64,000 nucleotides of DNA from Microbotryum violaceum (Eukaryota): contig LN717261.1 of the NCBI GenBank assembly GCA_001244265.2, positions 1,503,591-1,567,590 of the forward strand, given 5' to 3'. Shown in pieces: positions 51,299 to 63,463 of this stretch (position 1 is the first letter of the stretch; each line of letters opens with the position of its first letter). The translations under genes were made by a program, and so were the position numbers. The notes below the pieces were generated by a model, which did not search any database, was not told the DNA's origin, and saw nothing but the letters and a program-made list of their open reading frames with translations.

Positions 51299-54200
51299 AT
51301 TCATTTGATAGACTTCATTAACAGCATAATTATATTAATACCTAGAAATCTTCGGAAAAGTCGGAGGGAATGCTGTTACGCACACTGGCAGAAGCCAGTA
51401 GTGTAGGACTCATTGACCCTGAACCAGGATCAACCATACCCACTAAAACCCCCTTTGGTGTCTTACAGAGACACTAGGCGACCCTTGGACTCCTGGATAG
51501 AGGCTCGAAGCCCCTCGAACTCCTTTTCGGTGATCGGTTCCAAAAGATCCGACGAGAATCGACGACGGCGACAGAGCTTCCAGATCGAGTGAAAGAAGAG
51601 GACTCGTAGTTCGACAAGTCGACGTTCCGAGCGAGACACGACCGGGCATACAAAGTCCACAAAGACTGGGTGGGGGGTCAAAGACAGAGCAGACCAGAGG
51701 CGCCGGGCAAATGGGCAGCCGACCGCGAGGTGAACCAGGCACTCGGGTGCTTCCGAGAGGCACATCACACAGGAGGTAGATCAATTGTTGGGATGTGGGC
51801 TGGTTGGGGAGGCAACTTGGCTTCCCGGATGGAGGGACCCCAGGGAGACAAGGTGGCCGGTATCCTCGGCGTCCGAGTGAACCCGGCGAACCTTGCGCAA
51901 AGCCTTCCACCAAGCGTTCCAGCGTTGCTCAGGCAGATTGAATACCTTCTGGTGTCCCTTGGGGAAAATAGGGGGAAGATGAAGACTTGGTGGCGTTTGG
52001 ACACGTTCACAAACGAAGACGAGGTCATCACCTCGCCATCGGGCCCTCGAAAAAGCGTCGGGTTTACCGAGAGTTGTATTCCGTGGCCCGCTGGGAAATA
52101 GAGTACGTGCGTCGCCCATTGCTCGAGGTTCTGGCTCTTGGAGAGTTCCGGGGGATTGAGCGTGGTCACCAACGCCCAGGCTTCGAAGTATCGGACCCAA
52201 CGAGCAGGAAGAAGTTTTGTCATTTTTCTCACCGCATGGTCCCACTTTGGGGGAGGATGGCAAAAGTATGCCCACCAGAATCCAAGGGCAACGATGCCGG
52301 TTGGGGGCCGGTCTGGACAAGGTGAAAGGGGTTGGTTCGTTTGGTGCCTGGAGGCGGATGCGGATGTCGAAGAGGTGGTGTGTGAAGCAGCCGTCCGGGG
52401 CCCGTAGCTGGAAGACCCACTTCGCGTGATCGATTGCTAGACGCCGAGGCAGATCAATCAAACCGAAGCCGCCGTGATCGAGAGGGGTGCAGAGGCGCGA
52501 CCGGGAGACCTTCGGACGTCGCTGAGTACCATCCGAAGCTCGACCATGAATGGCGAGCATGGCGGCCTCCTCGATCTCCTTGACAACGCTCTTGGGGGCG
52601 GGAAGGAATCGGCTGTAGTACAAGATCTTTGTGTAGCAGTAGATGTTGATGATCGAACACTTGGCTGCATATGGGAGATCGTACATCGAAACTGAGCGTA
52701 TCCGAGCGATGGTCGGGGCCTTGACATCTTCCCAGCCCGACCTGAATACCAAGGTCGCGAAACTGCGAATCACTGAGACGCCAGGTCCCGAGATCTGGGG
52801 CGATCGACCGATTCCGAAAAGCTCCAAGGGGGTAGAGGAAAGATTTGACGATGCTGAGCTTGCTGGCACTTGCCCGTTCGTAAAGCTCGATCGCCTGATT
52901 GAGGTGGTCGAGGTCCGAGAGGTTGTGGAGTGCGCAGCAAGCGTCGTCGGCAAAAAGGAGTTCGCGAACGTTTTGGAGGCCCGCAATATCGATGCCCTTG
53001 ACTCTCAATCGAATCTAACAGGCAAAACCTTCGATCGCCAGGACGAAGAGAGACGGAGCCAAAGGATCACCTTGCCGAACGCCCGACAGGATGTCGAAAG
53101 TGGCAGAGAGCCAACCGTTGAGGAAGATCGAGGCAGATTGGTTGGTGTAGGCCGCTCGGTACCATTGGCGGGCTTTGGGGCCGAGGCCAACGGCGCAGAG
53201 GACTGCATCAAGGTACGGGTGGGAAAGACGACCGTAAGCCTTTTCAAAGTCCATCACCGCTAGCATGCCAGACACGGGTGTTGAGCCCGGAAGTCCAGGG
53301 TCCATGAGACATTGGACCTCAGCGATGTTCGTGCCGATCCAACGGTTCGGAACAAAGCCACGTTGGGTTGGGCCGATCAGGGACTCGAGCAAGGGAGCGA
53401 GGCGCTGGTTGTGGGCTTGCGAGATAATGCGCTCGTCCGCATTGATGAGCAATATGGGGCGTTTGTTCGAAAGCTGATCCCTCTCGTCGCGTTTGTGGAT
53501 GAGATGGATGTGGGCGGTGTTGCGGGGAAGAGGTCCAGGCTGACGGGCCTTGGTGGGGATCGAGTTGATGACGTCTCGAAGAATCGGGCCAGTGGCCGGC
53601 CACGTAGCACAATAAAACTCAACCGGGAGGCCGTCAGGCCCTGGCGAAGAGTTCGACTTACACGCCGCTTGAGCCTTTGTCATCTCCTCCAACGGGTACG
53701 CTTCCTCGAGCTTGAGTGAGTCCGCGGGGGAGAGGCGAGTTGAAGCGAGGCCGTTGATGATCGCCTTCGGGGCCGCGTCATCGATGGGGCGGTCCTCATA
53801 GACCCGCTCGAAGTAGTCGCTGGCCGCTCCAAGCATCGAATCAGGGTCGGAATGAACAACATCGTTGACCGTGAGCGAAGGGATCAGGTCGGATGCTCGC
53901 ACTTTGCGCAGGCGGATGAAGATGGAAGAGGGACCCGCCAGAGATGGGTCGAGGCGGGACCGCAGGGCCGCGCCGTAGCGCGAGTGGTCAGCCCTCTCTT
54001 GCTCCGACCCGCCACAACGGAACCGAGCGAAAGTCCGGGCCAGAGCCTGCAGCTCGGGCAGCAGGCGGTGTTTGGTGAACATCCAAGCTGCTGGTGGATC
54101 GTTGGGCGTCTGGAGGAGGGCTTTGTTGTAAAGGGTGCGGACAATGAAGGTGAGGTACTCGCAGGTCGCGTCGCCCTTGATCACGTGCAAACCCAGCTTG

Positions 54201-56225
54201 AATTTGCCCGGACCGATGTCGATTGCGCCCGGCACTTGGAACCGTGCCACAACCATTGAGTGGGTCGATTTGAGGACAGGAGCCCAAATTTTGTGATCAT
54301 GGAAGAGGTTGACCCAATCAGGCAAGACATAGATGTGGTCAAGGCGACGGCACGTGCTGGGCGCTGAGCGATTCGTTGTGGCACGTCCTTTGGGATGATG
54401 GAGCCGATAGGCGTCAAAAAGGTTGTTGGCCGTGGCAAGGTCGCGCATCTCCTGACCCCCATAATTCGTTCCGTTTTGGTTCTCCGAATCGAGGGGCTGG
54501 GACTCAACACAATTCCAGTCCCCCCCCGACTAGGAGCGCAGGCGGCAAGGGTTTGTCACGTACAACTTGTCAGAGGGCGGTGCTGAGGTGTGAGAGGAAG
54601 CGTTTTTTGTCTGGCTTGTCGGAGGAAGGCGCATATATTGATAGAACCCGGACTTTTGAATCACCCACACAAAAGGTGGCGTCGGTGACTCGGTCCGGGA
54701 AAGAGAAAGAGGCACAAAGAGTGTTGTGAGGCAACTTGGGATCAAAAGTAATGACCACGGAGTGGCTCTTCCAAAGTATGGCAGTGTTGTTGAAAGGAGT
54801 GAAAAGAGCAGAGAGCTTTACGTCTTGGCACTCCTGAGTCCACTGGGCCACCCTTTCGGGGGAAGGTCGGCCGGTTTTACTCAGGAGAAAGACGTCGGCG
54901 TTATGGGAGCGGAGATTGGAGAAAAGAGAGGCACGCTTACGGTCTTCATTGATTGACTGCACGTGGGCAGCAACAAAAGACACGTTTGGGATTTTAGTTC
55001 TGCTCATCATCTTGGTCCATAGCGTCTTCCACATCCTTAGGAGGTGCTTCTTGGTCTTTGGCTTCTTCGTTGGCCTCATCGTCGGTGTTGGCGTCATCGG
55101 GTCGGGCTTTGGGCGCGGCTGAGGGCAACGGCGTGGGCGAAGACGGCTTGGGGCTCGGCTCGGAGGCTTCGAGGGCAGGCGCAGTGGGAGGGGCTTCACG
55201 AGTGGCTGGCTTGGAGAGGGCGGCAATCGACTTGGATCGAGTTATGATCGAATTTGGCGTGGCCGGAGGAGGGCTTGGGGATGGAGAGGTGGTCTCTGAG
55301 CTGGGGGACTCGGAGGATTTTTCAACGAGGGAGTAGGCAATTCCCTGATTGGAGGCAGGCTGGGGGGCAGGAGGAGTGACAGTTTTGCAAGGGAAATTGA
55401 AGGAGAACTCGGGGCGGGCATTCTTCGACAGAGAATTGGGCTGAGCTCTGTTGGACAGATTTTCAGTTTGGGCAGCCAGATCCTGTTCCACTCGACGTTT
55501 TTTGGTCGTGCGGTCGTGGGCGGAGGCCGGGGAGATTGACTTGGACACGGCGGCGGGGGCAAAACATCTACATCCTTAAGGGCAAGAATAAAGTCGTACA
55601 CCCCAGAGAAGCGTTTCGTCTTTCCAATGTATTGGATGCGACAACGGAGGACCGTGCCATAGGCAACAATCTGCTCATCAAATAGGCAGAGGCCCTCGGG
55701 GTCGGAGAAAAAGCCTGTAAGGGTGCATTGTACAACACCTCCTCTAGTAGAGCTGTACAGCTTCTCGAATTTGCACAGAGTCTTGCCAACAGTGAGGCCG
55801 TTGGCCACCAGGGTGTTGAGATCGGCGGCCTTGGGAAAGCGGAGGCCGCGCTGACCCTTGATGACGCATGGCATTGCGCCGGTAAGGCCAGGGTAGTATT
55901 TGTCAAGCGCGAGGAGGACTTGCTTGACCGAGGTTGAGGGTGGGGTGTTGATGATGACGCAATTCTCGATGTTGTGCATCAGTGGATGGGCGGCGACGGC
56001 AGTCGAGGCGTTGGCGGTGGCGTTTCCGTGCTTCGCAGCGGAGCGGGCGCCGACCGCGGCGGAGTATGATTTGGTGGTGGTGGCGGGGCTTGGCCGGGAG
56101 GATCGGGAGGGTCAGGGCGAAGAGGTGGTATAGTAGCATGGCTGGCGTTGTTGGTGTTGTTGTTGTTGTCCATCCAATAGGAGTTTTTGACAGGGGGGTA
56201 AGACTAACTTAGTAGATGGACAGAC
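51299..56225 (-). mobile_element. Near full-length L1-like LINE (ORF1 + APE-RT-zinc finger ORF2), frameshifted
   Basis: ORF1 56173-54994 with an internal deletion at ~55550. ORF2 from ~55006: NVSFVAAHVQSIN, GGDWN, RLDHIY, SPGPDGLP, DFEKAY, GVRQGDPLAPSLF, LFADD, C-terminal CxxC..H..C; stop at 51463. Tail TCAAATGAATAAA. Confidence 0.95.
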
Positions 56226-56532
56226 AGGCATTAATATAGATATGCTGTTAAAAAGGAGATTTATGAGATAAAAAAAAGTTGAAATCGTGTGGACCACTCT
56301 CCGACTTGGGGCTGAAAGCGCCCGACTCCCAATGGCTCGCTAACGAGTTCACAACCGACTAATAATCGACTCCCGGCCGACTCCCCGCCGACTACGGTCT
56401 CGACTCGCCCCCGACTCGCCCGACAGTTGCCCGACTAAGCACCGACTCGGCGGCGACTCCCGGGACCGCTAGCCAATCCCGACTCGCGCCCAACCGAGCG
56501 CCGACTCGCGCCCGACTAACCGTTCCTTAGAG

Positions 56533-56660
56533 ACTCAAGTGCGCCAACTCACGCGCGCGCGGTGCGCTAACTCAAGTGCGCTAACTCGGGCGCTCGACTG
56601 CGCCAACTCAAGTGCGCTAACTCAATTGCGCCAACTCAATTTGGCGCGCGCGAGTTAGCG
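56533..56660. repeat. GCGCCAACTC subterminal array of the Zisupton-like right end (continues 37905-37970)
   Basis: Repeated GTGCGC(C/T)AACTC units on both sides of the 37971-56532 insertion. Confidence 0.8.
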
Positions 56661-57419
56661 CAAGCGCACCCCCAGCACCGGTACCGCCCCGGACGTTCAC
56701 AGCTGTTAGCAGCTCGTTATGAAACCCTCGACGTGGCTCGCTTAGAGTAGCTCGGGTAAGTGCTTCGATACACCCAAGCTTGTTGCATGGTGTACTTTGC
56801 ACTTGGATCCCTGCAAATTCTTTGTGGGGGCATTTTGCTCCGGGCCCTTGTTGGGCAACGAGCTAAATCGCATATCTCTCAGCATACCCTTTGCCGTCCT
56901 TTGCACCAACCGCGCCCCAACTGTCTTTGTACAGTGTCTTGCCTTTGTCGCAAAGGTATGCTGAGACGATCAGTGGACTTGCTCCATCATCAGTTGCAGC
57001 CGACTGACATCCAGAAGCTTGGGCCGCAAAGCTCCCAATTGTCATCCCGCCCACCATCCCTGTGTATCACCAAGAAGTTCGGACTCTCTTCCGTTTAGAT
57101 CAATCTCTTGCGGTTTTCCCCAAAAGGCTAGGTTTTCACCGCTTGAGGTATCTGTTTAACAACTCCTACACCACCAATGTTGTCCTTCGTCTTGCTGCAA
57201 CTCGAACCACTATTCCGCTATGACTCGGCGCGCGAGTGGTCAGGAGAGTCGACCGACCGCTGCCTTTCCGGAGGCAAGCTTGTGCTCGAGACTGATCACA
57301 CAAAGTGTACCCCGAGTCAGTCTCTATAATAACATCTAGTAGTAGGTGAGCTGGCCCTCTGGGTCGCTTCGCCGATGGACTACGCGAATCAGTGATTGCA
57401 GCACGCCATTTGGCATTCC

Positions 57420-57720
57420 TCGAGCAGCGAGCGAAGTGAAAGACGGCGTGTTGTTGTACGACCGGGCGTTTTCGCGGAATGCTTTAGCTTCTGTGTCGGT
57501 GGGTCGCACCAGCACAGTTCAGCATGTGGGTCTACTGCAGACGCATGTTGTTGAACGGAGCACCCGACCGCTATCCGAGCCTTTAAGCAGCTGTCGATAC
57601 TCCGAAGTGGGCTGGGGAGGGGAGGCAGCTGCATGCTGCATCGCGAGCAGGACGTGCTAAAGCCGTGACGTGGGGAGAGGTCGTCGGTTTTCTTGGGTGA
57701 TTTCGGGGCACGTTTGGACA
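57420..57720 (-). pseudogene. Helitron RepHel fragment
   Basis: Inverted homology to ~28245-28480 (FSxCCS..LPxPPQP..EYxQLL..intron..AKAFRENARSYNNA). Confidence 0.7.
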
Positions 57721-57873
57721 CCAGAACCTTTGCTTGTTAAGCAGCTGCAGAGAAACTGGGTTTGAGAGTATGTAATTCCAGAGTCAATGGGCACACTTTG
57801 AACCCGATTTTTTCACATTGATTGCTTCCAAAGTACAACACAAAGCCTGATCCATAGTCTAGAGAAAAGGGGA

Positions 57874-59898
57874 TCAGGAGAAATGACTTGTTGGAAACCA
57901 TCTGCGAGAAAAAAACCTGAAAGCCAATCAGATCACAGCATGCTTGGGCTTCTAGCCCGGAACAAGCCTTACCTCGTGTCCACGCTTGCGATTAGTCCCT
58001 GCTCAATCTTCTCTTCTCCGCCAAGTAGCGCGAGCATGCGTCCAACGTTCGACGAGGCGCTCATCACCAACCCGTGCGTCACTTGAGCAAGTATTGTGAT
58101 GTCGCGCACAAAGCCTTGCGCGACGCGCTCTCGGGCCTCAAAAGGCAGCATGTTGAACTCCAACTCGTCCTGCAACAACGTGGAAAGCGCATATACCAGA
58201 GTCCGCCCATTGAGCCTTGGGGCTTGGTGTTCGTAGTTCAGTGAAATAGAGGAGTGGACTCACAAAACCATTCTCAGCGACGCGCATACGTTGCTTTCCA
58301 TGGATGGACTCGTCAGGAGCAATGGCCTCGGATGGGTCTAGATCAGCAATGTCGATGACGTTGAAAGCTCTACCCAACTTGTGCTTGGCAAACGCCGTCG
58401 ATACGGTGAGGCTGTCAGAGGCAACCAGGAGTACCGGTCGCTCGTCGAGGGAGAGAACGACACCAGTTCGCAGGACGCGCTCCACAAGATTTATCGCAGC
58501 TACGAGATATTTCTCGATGGCGCGGTCATCGAGGTGGCTTGTCTTCGTTGGTGTGGCTTGCGGTAAAGTCGAGCGCCCGCCCGAAGTATCCATCATTGCC
58601 TGTGGTCCTATCCGGTTGATTTCCTTGTATTTGTCGCCTAGTCGAACATGCATACCGATGATGATCGGGGAAGCATCGCCACTCAATTGCTGCGCAGCTC
58701 GCAGCTGCCGAGTCAACGACTTGAGATTTGCCCGAGCGGCTCGCACGCGCACCGCTGCAGGCCTCGAAAGACGCCACAAGGCCGACAACGACTGAGCCTG
58801 TCGGGTAAATATAACCTGCAGAGCTGATGGCACCAGCTGGGATGCAAGCTTGAGCTCAGGCGTGGTCAAGCTGGCGCGATCCGCAGCTGGATGGACCAGC
58901 TCCTTCAGATCCTGATGGTGAAGGACATCCATCTCACTAGAGGAAGTAAGGGTGTCCAACAGCGCTTTGTCAAGCCCATCGTTGTCCCGACTTCTCCACG
59001 TCACGTGGTCGAAGGTCGCCCAAGACTTGCGGACAGCGGCCTTATCAAGCGTCCTCGCTTTCCTGTCGAACTTAATCCTCGCCCTCCAGGTTGTCGAAGG
59101 CGGGGGCTTGCAGTCCAGCGCGGGGGCTTGGAAGACCGCCTCCCACGAGCCATAGTTCCACCGGGACGAATCGACCAAGAGGCTGTAGTTGAACATCTCG
59201 GCAAGAACCGCCATGCGGGTAAGCATGAGTACTTCGCTTCCGAAACCGTGTAAACCTGAATGCAGCACGACAAGTTGCGGTCTAATCAGTTTCGCTAGCC
59301 ATGCAGAAAATATCATGACCCCGAACGAAGAATTCTTGAGCGCAAAACGAAACGCACCGGCCATGTTGAACAAAAGTGTTCGCTTGCATATTGCCGGCTT
59401 CTCGTTTGTGGAGACTGGTCGTTCCACGGCGTTGTATATCTTGTCAAGTCTCGAAGGCGGCGACGACGACTGGGCCAAGGGCTCGTCGCCCCCGTCGGTC
59501 ATATGCGCACTTTGATTCGCCGGTGCAAGCGACGAGTAGTGCCGATGCTTGTGCTCGTCATTGTGTCTGTGCTCGTGCCCAGGAGGCTGAGCTGTACCGG
59601 TTTCGCCTGGCACCCACGGTCGCTCGTCTCGAACGTTTCGCGATGCCAATTCGGCTTCGATGCGATGTCGTACGCCCAGGAGTATTTTTTCGGAGGGCCC
59701 AAAGACGACGAAGGCGGCTGTGAGAACGATGCAAATGAGGATCCGAAAATATGCGAACTTGGAATGGGACCTGGCGATAGCGATCGAGGCGTGGCGCACT
59801 TTGGCCATTGCTCGGCGAGGCGAACCCGCCGAGCCAACTGCCCCCGCCCCCCCAGGCGAACTCGGTGGGGTGACGAGCGCCGGTAACCGAGGCTTCAT
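57874..59898 (-). CDS. Type II membrane GT23/FUT8/NodZ-like (putative alpha-1,6-fucosyltransferase)
   Basis: N-terminal TM FRILICIVLTAAFVVF, then GLHGFGSE, IGMHVRLGDKYKE, VLLVASDS, RDITILAQVTHGLVMSASSNVGRM, WFPT. Introns at approx. 59356-59257, 58263-58170 and 57972-57902. Reading frame intact. Confidence 0.78.
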
Positions 59899-60333
59899 CC
59901 CCCTCGACGATGTTCTTCTTGCGCGAGAGACTACAATGCCGTTCTGCAATCGGCTGATCACTCCTCGACGGTGATGTCCCAGGAAGGCTCAGTGGGTGGC
60001 ACTAGGGTTCCGCGTCTGGTGCCAGGGTTCGTGACAATGTCTGGGATGGTGATCAGGAGATTGTCGCGCGGAGCCTTGACGCGACACCTCGCCAAATTGA
60101 ATCGCGTCGAGTCGTCGTCTCACAGGCGTCTGCGTATTCAGTTAATTTACGATGTGTGCCGGTGGGTCGGTGTGCAGCGAAGAACGGGCGAGAAGTCGTC
60201 GGAACTCGGGCGTGCAAGGAGAACAAGGGTTTGGCGTGACAATAGCTCAGGAAGGGTTCGGGGTTTGACAGAAGGGGACTGTGCGGCGCGACTCGTGCGG
60301 GCATTTAGGCCGTGCCGCGTTCCGTCGACGCGC

Positions 60334-60603
60334 TTTATTTATTTATTTATTTGATAGATAGACTTCACTAACAGCATACTTATATTAATACCTAGAAATC
60401 TTCAGAAAAGTCGGAGGGAATGCTGTTACGCACACTGGCAGAAGCCAGTAGTATAGGTCTCATTGACCCTGAACCAGGATCAACCATACCCACTAAAACC
60501 CCCTTTGGTGTCTTACAGAGACACTAGGCGACCCTTGGACTCCTGGATAGAGGCTCGAAGCCCCTCGAACTCCGTTTCGGTGATCGGTTCCAAATAATTC
60601 GAC
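60334..60603 (-). mobile_element. Heavily 5'-truncated LINE copy with (TAAA)n tail
   Basis: Near identical to 51303-51553 and ends in TTTATTTATTTATTTATTTG on the + strand. Confidence 0.9.
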
Positions 60604-61134
60604 TGGTCGCCGCGGTGTGGCCATCGATCAGCGGATGCATCACGCCATCTGCACAACGCACGTAAGCATGAGCATGAGTCTATGGGCGTAGGTACCCCAA
60701 ATTAACGTTAGCGGTACGAGTTTTGTGTTCCCAACACAATTACAGTATTACACTATTACGCGATGTCCGGCCGGGCTCGCCGGTAGACTGGGCTCGAGCG
60801 AACACTTCAAGGCGCACCTCGGTAGTCACGACTATTGAGTGTGGACCGAAGGGCTTATCGGAATTTGGCGTAGCGACCGCTAGGGCTACTGGTGGATCGT
60901 CGACGTGGCAAGGATGCGACGGACGGTCGACAGGAGAGGTCGTGAGGCAGCACGGGCGCGGTCTGATGAGACGGACGCGGTGCGGCTGGGCGATCTGTTC
61001 TTCACCGAAGATTAGCAGTAGCGGGGAACAAGTCGAGTCGCAGTATCAGGCATGAAACCCCGCATCCCGTAACAAACGGAATGGGTTGAAAGAAAGTACC
61101 CACAAAACGACAGACCCAGAGAACAGAAGAGAGA

Positions 61135-61249
61135 TCCTTAAAATCCTTAAAACTTAAAGAATAAAAAACGTCGTCGAGACAAAGAACATTCTAGAACGAG
61201 ACAAACCACGTGGCGTGACGTCATGGCGCGCGAAGCGCGCCCGCACTAG
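61135..61249 (+). mobile_element. Mini-Helitron, second copy
   Basis: A|TCCTTAAAATCCTTAAAACTTAAAGAATAAAAAACG..GGCGCGCGAAGCGCGCC hairpin, CGCACTAG|T. Homologous to 24502-24616. Confidence 0.82.
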
Positions 61250-63463
61250 TCTTCTATGAATCTGTGTGGCTAAAGAACGTCAAAGAACGTCAGAGAACGA
61301 AAGACAAACCACGTGGTTTGACGTCATCGGCAGCTCTCGGTCCAGCGCGTCCCAGTTAGCTAGCGCTGTTTCAGCATCGGCGAGACCGCTTCGCCTACCT
61401 TCGTCGAGGTTCCATTTCCCATCAAAGCAGCGTGGCACATGACTCTCTGCTTCCCAGACGACCGGTTTTGCGTGCCTGCCACATCGGAGCGTAGTCCCTT
61501 CAACCATCCAGTTCTGCCACTGCCGAGCAATCATCTGCAAGCTTTCACGTCCCGTCTCCTGTACAACAATCTTCACGGAGAGCAGAGGGGCAGCAGAGAC
61601 GTCGGCAGCTGCTCGCGTTCCTCCTCCGCACATTCCGAATCCTCCCGACTCCCGCTCTAATCGCACAGACGCCGTCGCCAGCAACCTCGAACAATCGCCG
61701 AAGCTCAGCGGCAATGATGCCTTCGCCAGAAGCAGCAGCGCGAAACCGATCAACACGACGTCGCGCAAACTGGTTCGTCAAGTCAACTGCACCGGCAGCA
61801 GGCAGTCTCAATGTCGCACGGCAAGTACAACGGGCCCGCAGCTCTTCACCTCCAAGCTTGAGCTTCGTTCGTCCACTTGTTCCAGTTCCGGACCTCGGGT
61901 AGCGTCGGCCAGTGCACCAATTCCGCCGTTAGGGGCCCCGCCAGCGTGTCACGGGCTTGCCGACACTGGGCTTCACTCCACGACATTCCGCGGCCTTCCG
62001 GGACATTCTATGAGCCAGGTTTAAACCGAGGCGCAGGCTTCTCCGTCTTTCTCCCTCCTGCTCTTCACCCCTGACCCATGGCACCTCATCCCAACGCCAC
62101 CTTGAGCTTGCGACATCTGAAGCGGTCGTCGTGGAAGCTCTGCAACGAATACGGGATCAAGAAGTGCTTGCCGCATGCAACATAGCTACGAATTCGAGTA
62201 AGTAACTTCATGAACTGTGCTCTTGGTGTGGGATTGTTCAGAAGCTAATGGGTTACTACCAAGCAGAAACTCCCTTCAACACGTCCTCTTCGAGTGTCAA
62301 CCCTCGAGTTGTTTCTTCACCGTCAGCTGGTGACACTGCATGCGTGAGTTATCTATTGACATGGCTGTGCAGTCTTAGATATGACGGAAAACTGACACGA
62401 GAAACAGACATTGCACGTCAGTGAAACAGCGGAAGGATTGACTTCGTACGGTTGAGGATCCGCCGGGTCATTGGGACACTAAATGTGAGTCTTCACTGAC
62501 ATTGCTACAAATGGACAATAGCAAGAATACTGTTAGTTCTAAAGGACGAATCACGCAAAAAAAAACAGGTTTCGTGAATTGCGGTTCACCATCTGTGGCA
62601 GATCCTCAGCGGCTCCGTTCAGTGGAGTGACCGTCGTGTTGGCAGGTATGTGCCAATCTTTCAAGAGCAAAGTGCAGGGCAGCATGATTAACTGACCGGT
62701 TCGACTGTAACATCACAGGAGAACCGAAGCAATGCCTTCCCGTTATTCCACGGCTCGGTTCAGTGGAGTGACCGTCGTGTTGGCAGGTATGTGCCAATCT
62801 TTCAAGAGCAAAGTGCAGGGCAGCATGATTAACTGACCGGTTCGACTGTAACATCACAGGAGAACCGAAGCAATGCCTTCCCATTATTCCCAAGTCATCG
62901 TCTACACAAATCGTCGATTTCCTTGATGCTCCGGGAGGGACAGGCAAAACGTTCTTGGAAGAAACGGTCCTTGCTCGGATTCGGTCAGAGGGAACATACG
63001 CTCTTGCCGTTGCATCATCGGATATTGCCGTGCGACTGGCAGTCGCCAACTTGGTTTCACTATGCGCCGGCTCCAATTCCCGCTTCGCGTTGCCTTGGCC
63101 ATGACGATCAACAAAGTCCAAGGTCAATCACTCGATCGTGTTGGCGTCGATCTCTCCCTACATCCCGTCTTCACTCATGGGCAGCTGTATGTGGCATTGT
63201 CTCGAGCCATGAGTGTTGATCGAATCAAGGTGCTACTGCCCTCTCGCGACCCCGCCGATGATGACGACGGCCTACAAGCCCGTTGATCGAGCGGAAGCCG
63301 CAGCCACCGCGACCCCAAACCCAGTATTCCGCTCTGTTCTCAGAGCAATGAATGGGGAATAGTTTTGAAGCTGTCCTTTGTATTGTGTGTTTTACCTTCA
63401 ACTGAGATCACGTTTCTGCTATTTAATTTTCATCCTCCCGTTGATTTAACGGGTTCCCACTGG
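61250..63463 (+). mobile_element. Chimeric non-autonomous Helitron
   Basis: Starts TCTTCTATGAATC and shares ~61332-62916 with the 2536-5297 element. Then a PIF1 scrap [15 protein letters not shown], then ~63033-63463 nearly identical to ~32655-33084, ending in the CCCGTTGATTTAACGGG hairpin + CTGG|T. Confidence 0.82.
62610..62890. repeat. Two-copy 141-bp tandem repeat
   Basis: GTTCAGTGGAGTGACCGTCGTGTTGGCAGG.. at 62617 and 62758, almost identical. Confidence 0.9.

Noticed and set aside
51180-51460. Hammerhead/HDV ribozyme in the LINE UTR
   Set aside because: No CUGANGA..GAAA core or nested pseudoknot found by eye; only simple stems.
57330-57375. Possible Helitron 3' end on the minus strand
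   Set aside because: The hairpin is imperfect and CTAG is followed by A rather than T.
60760-61060. Possible last exon of a host gene on the minus strand (branch site GCTAAT..AACAG)
   Set aside because: No recognisable protein and no upstream exons before the Helitrons; too weak to call.
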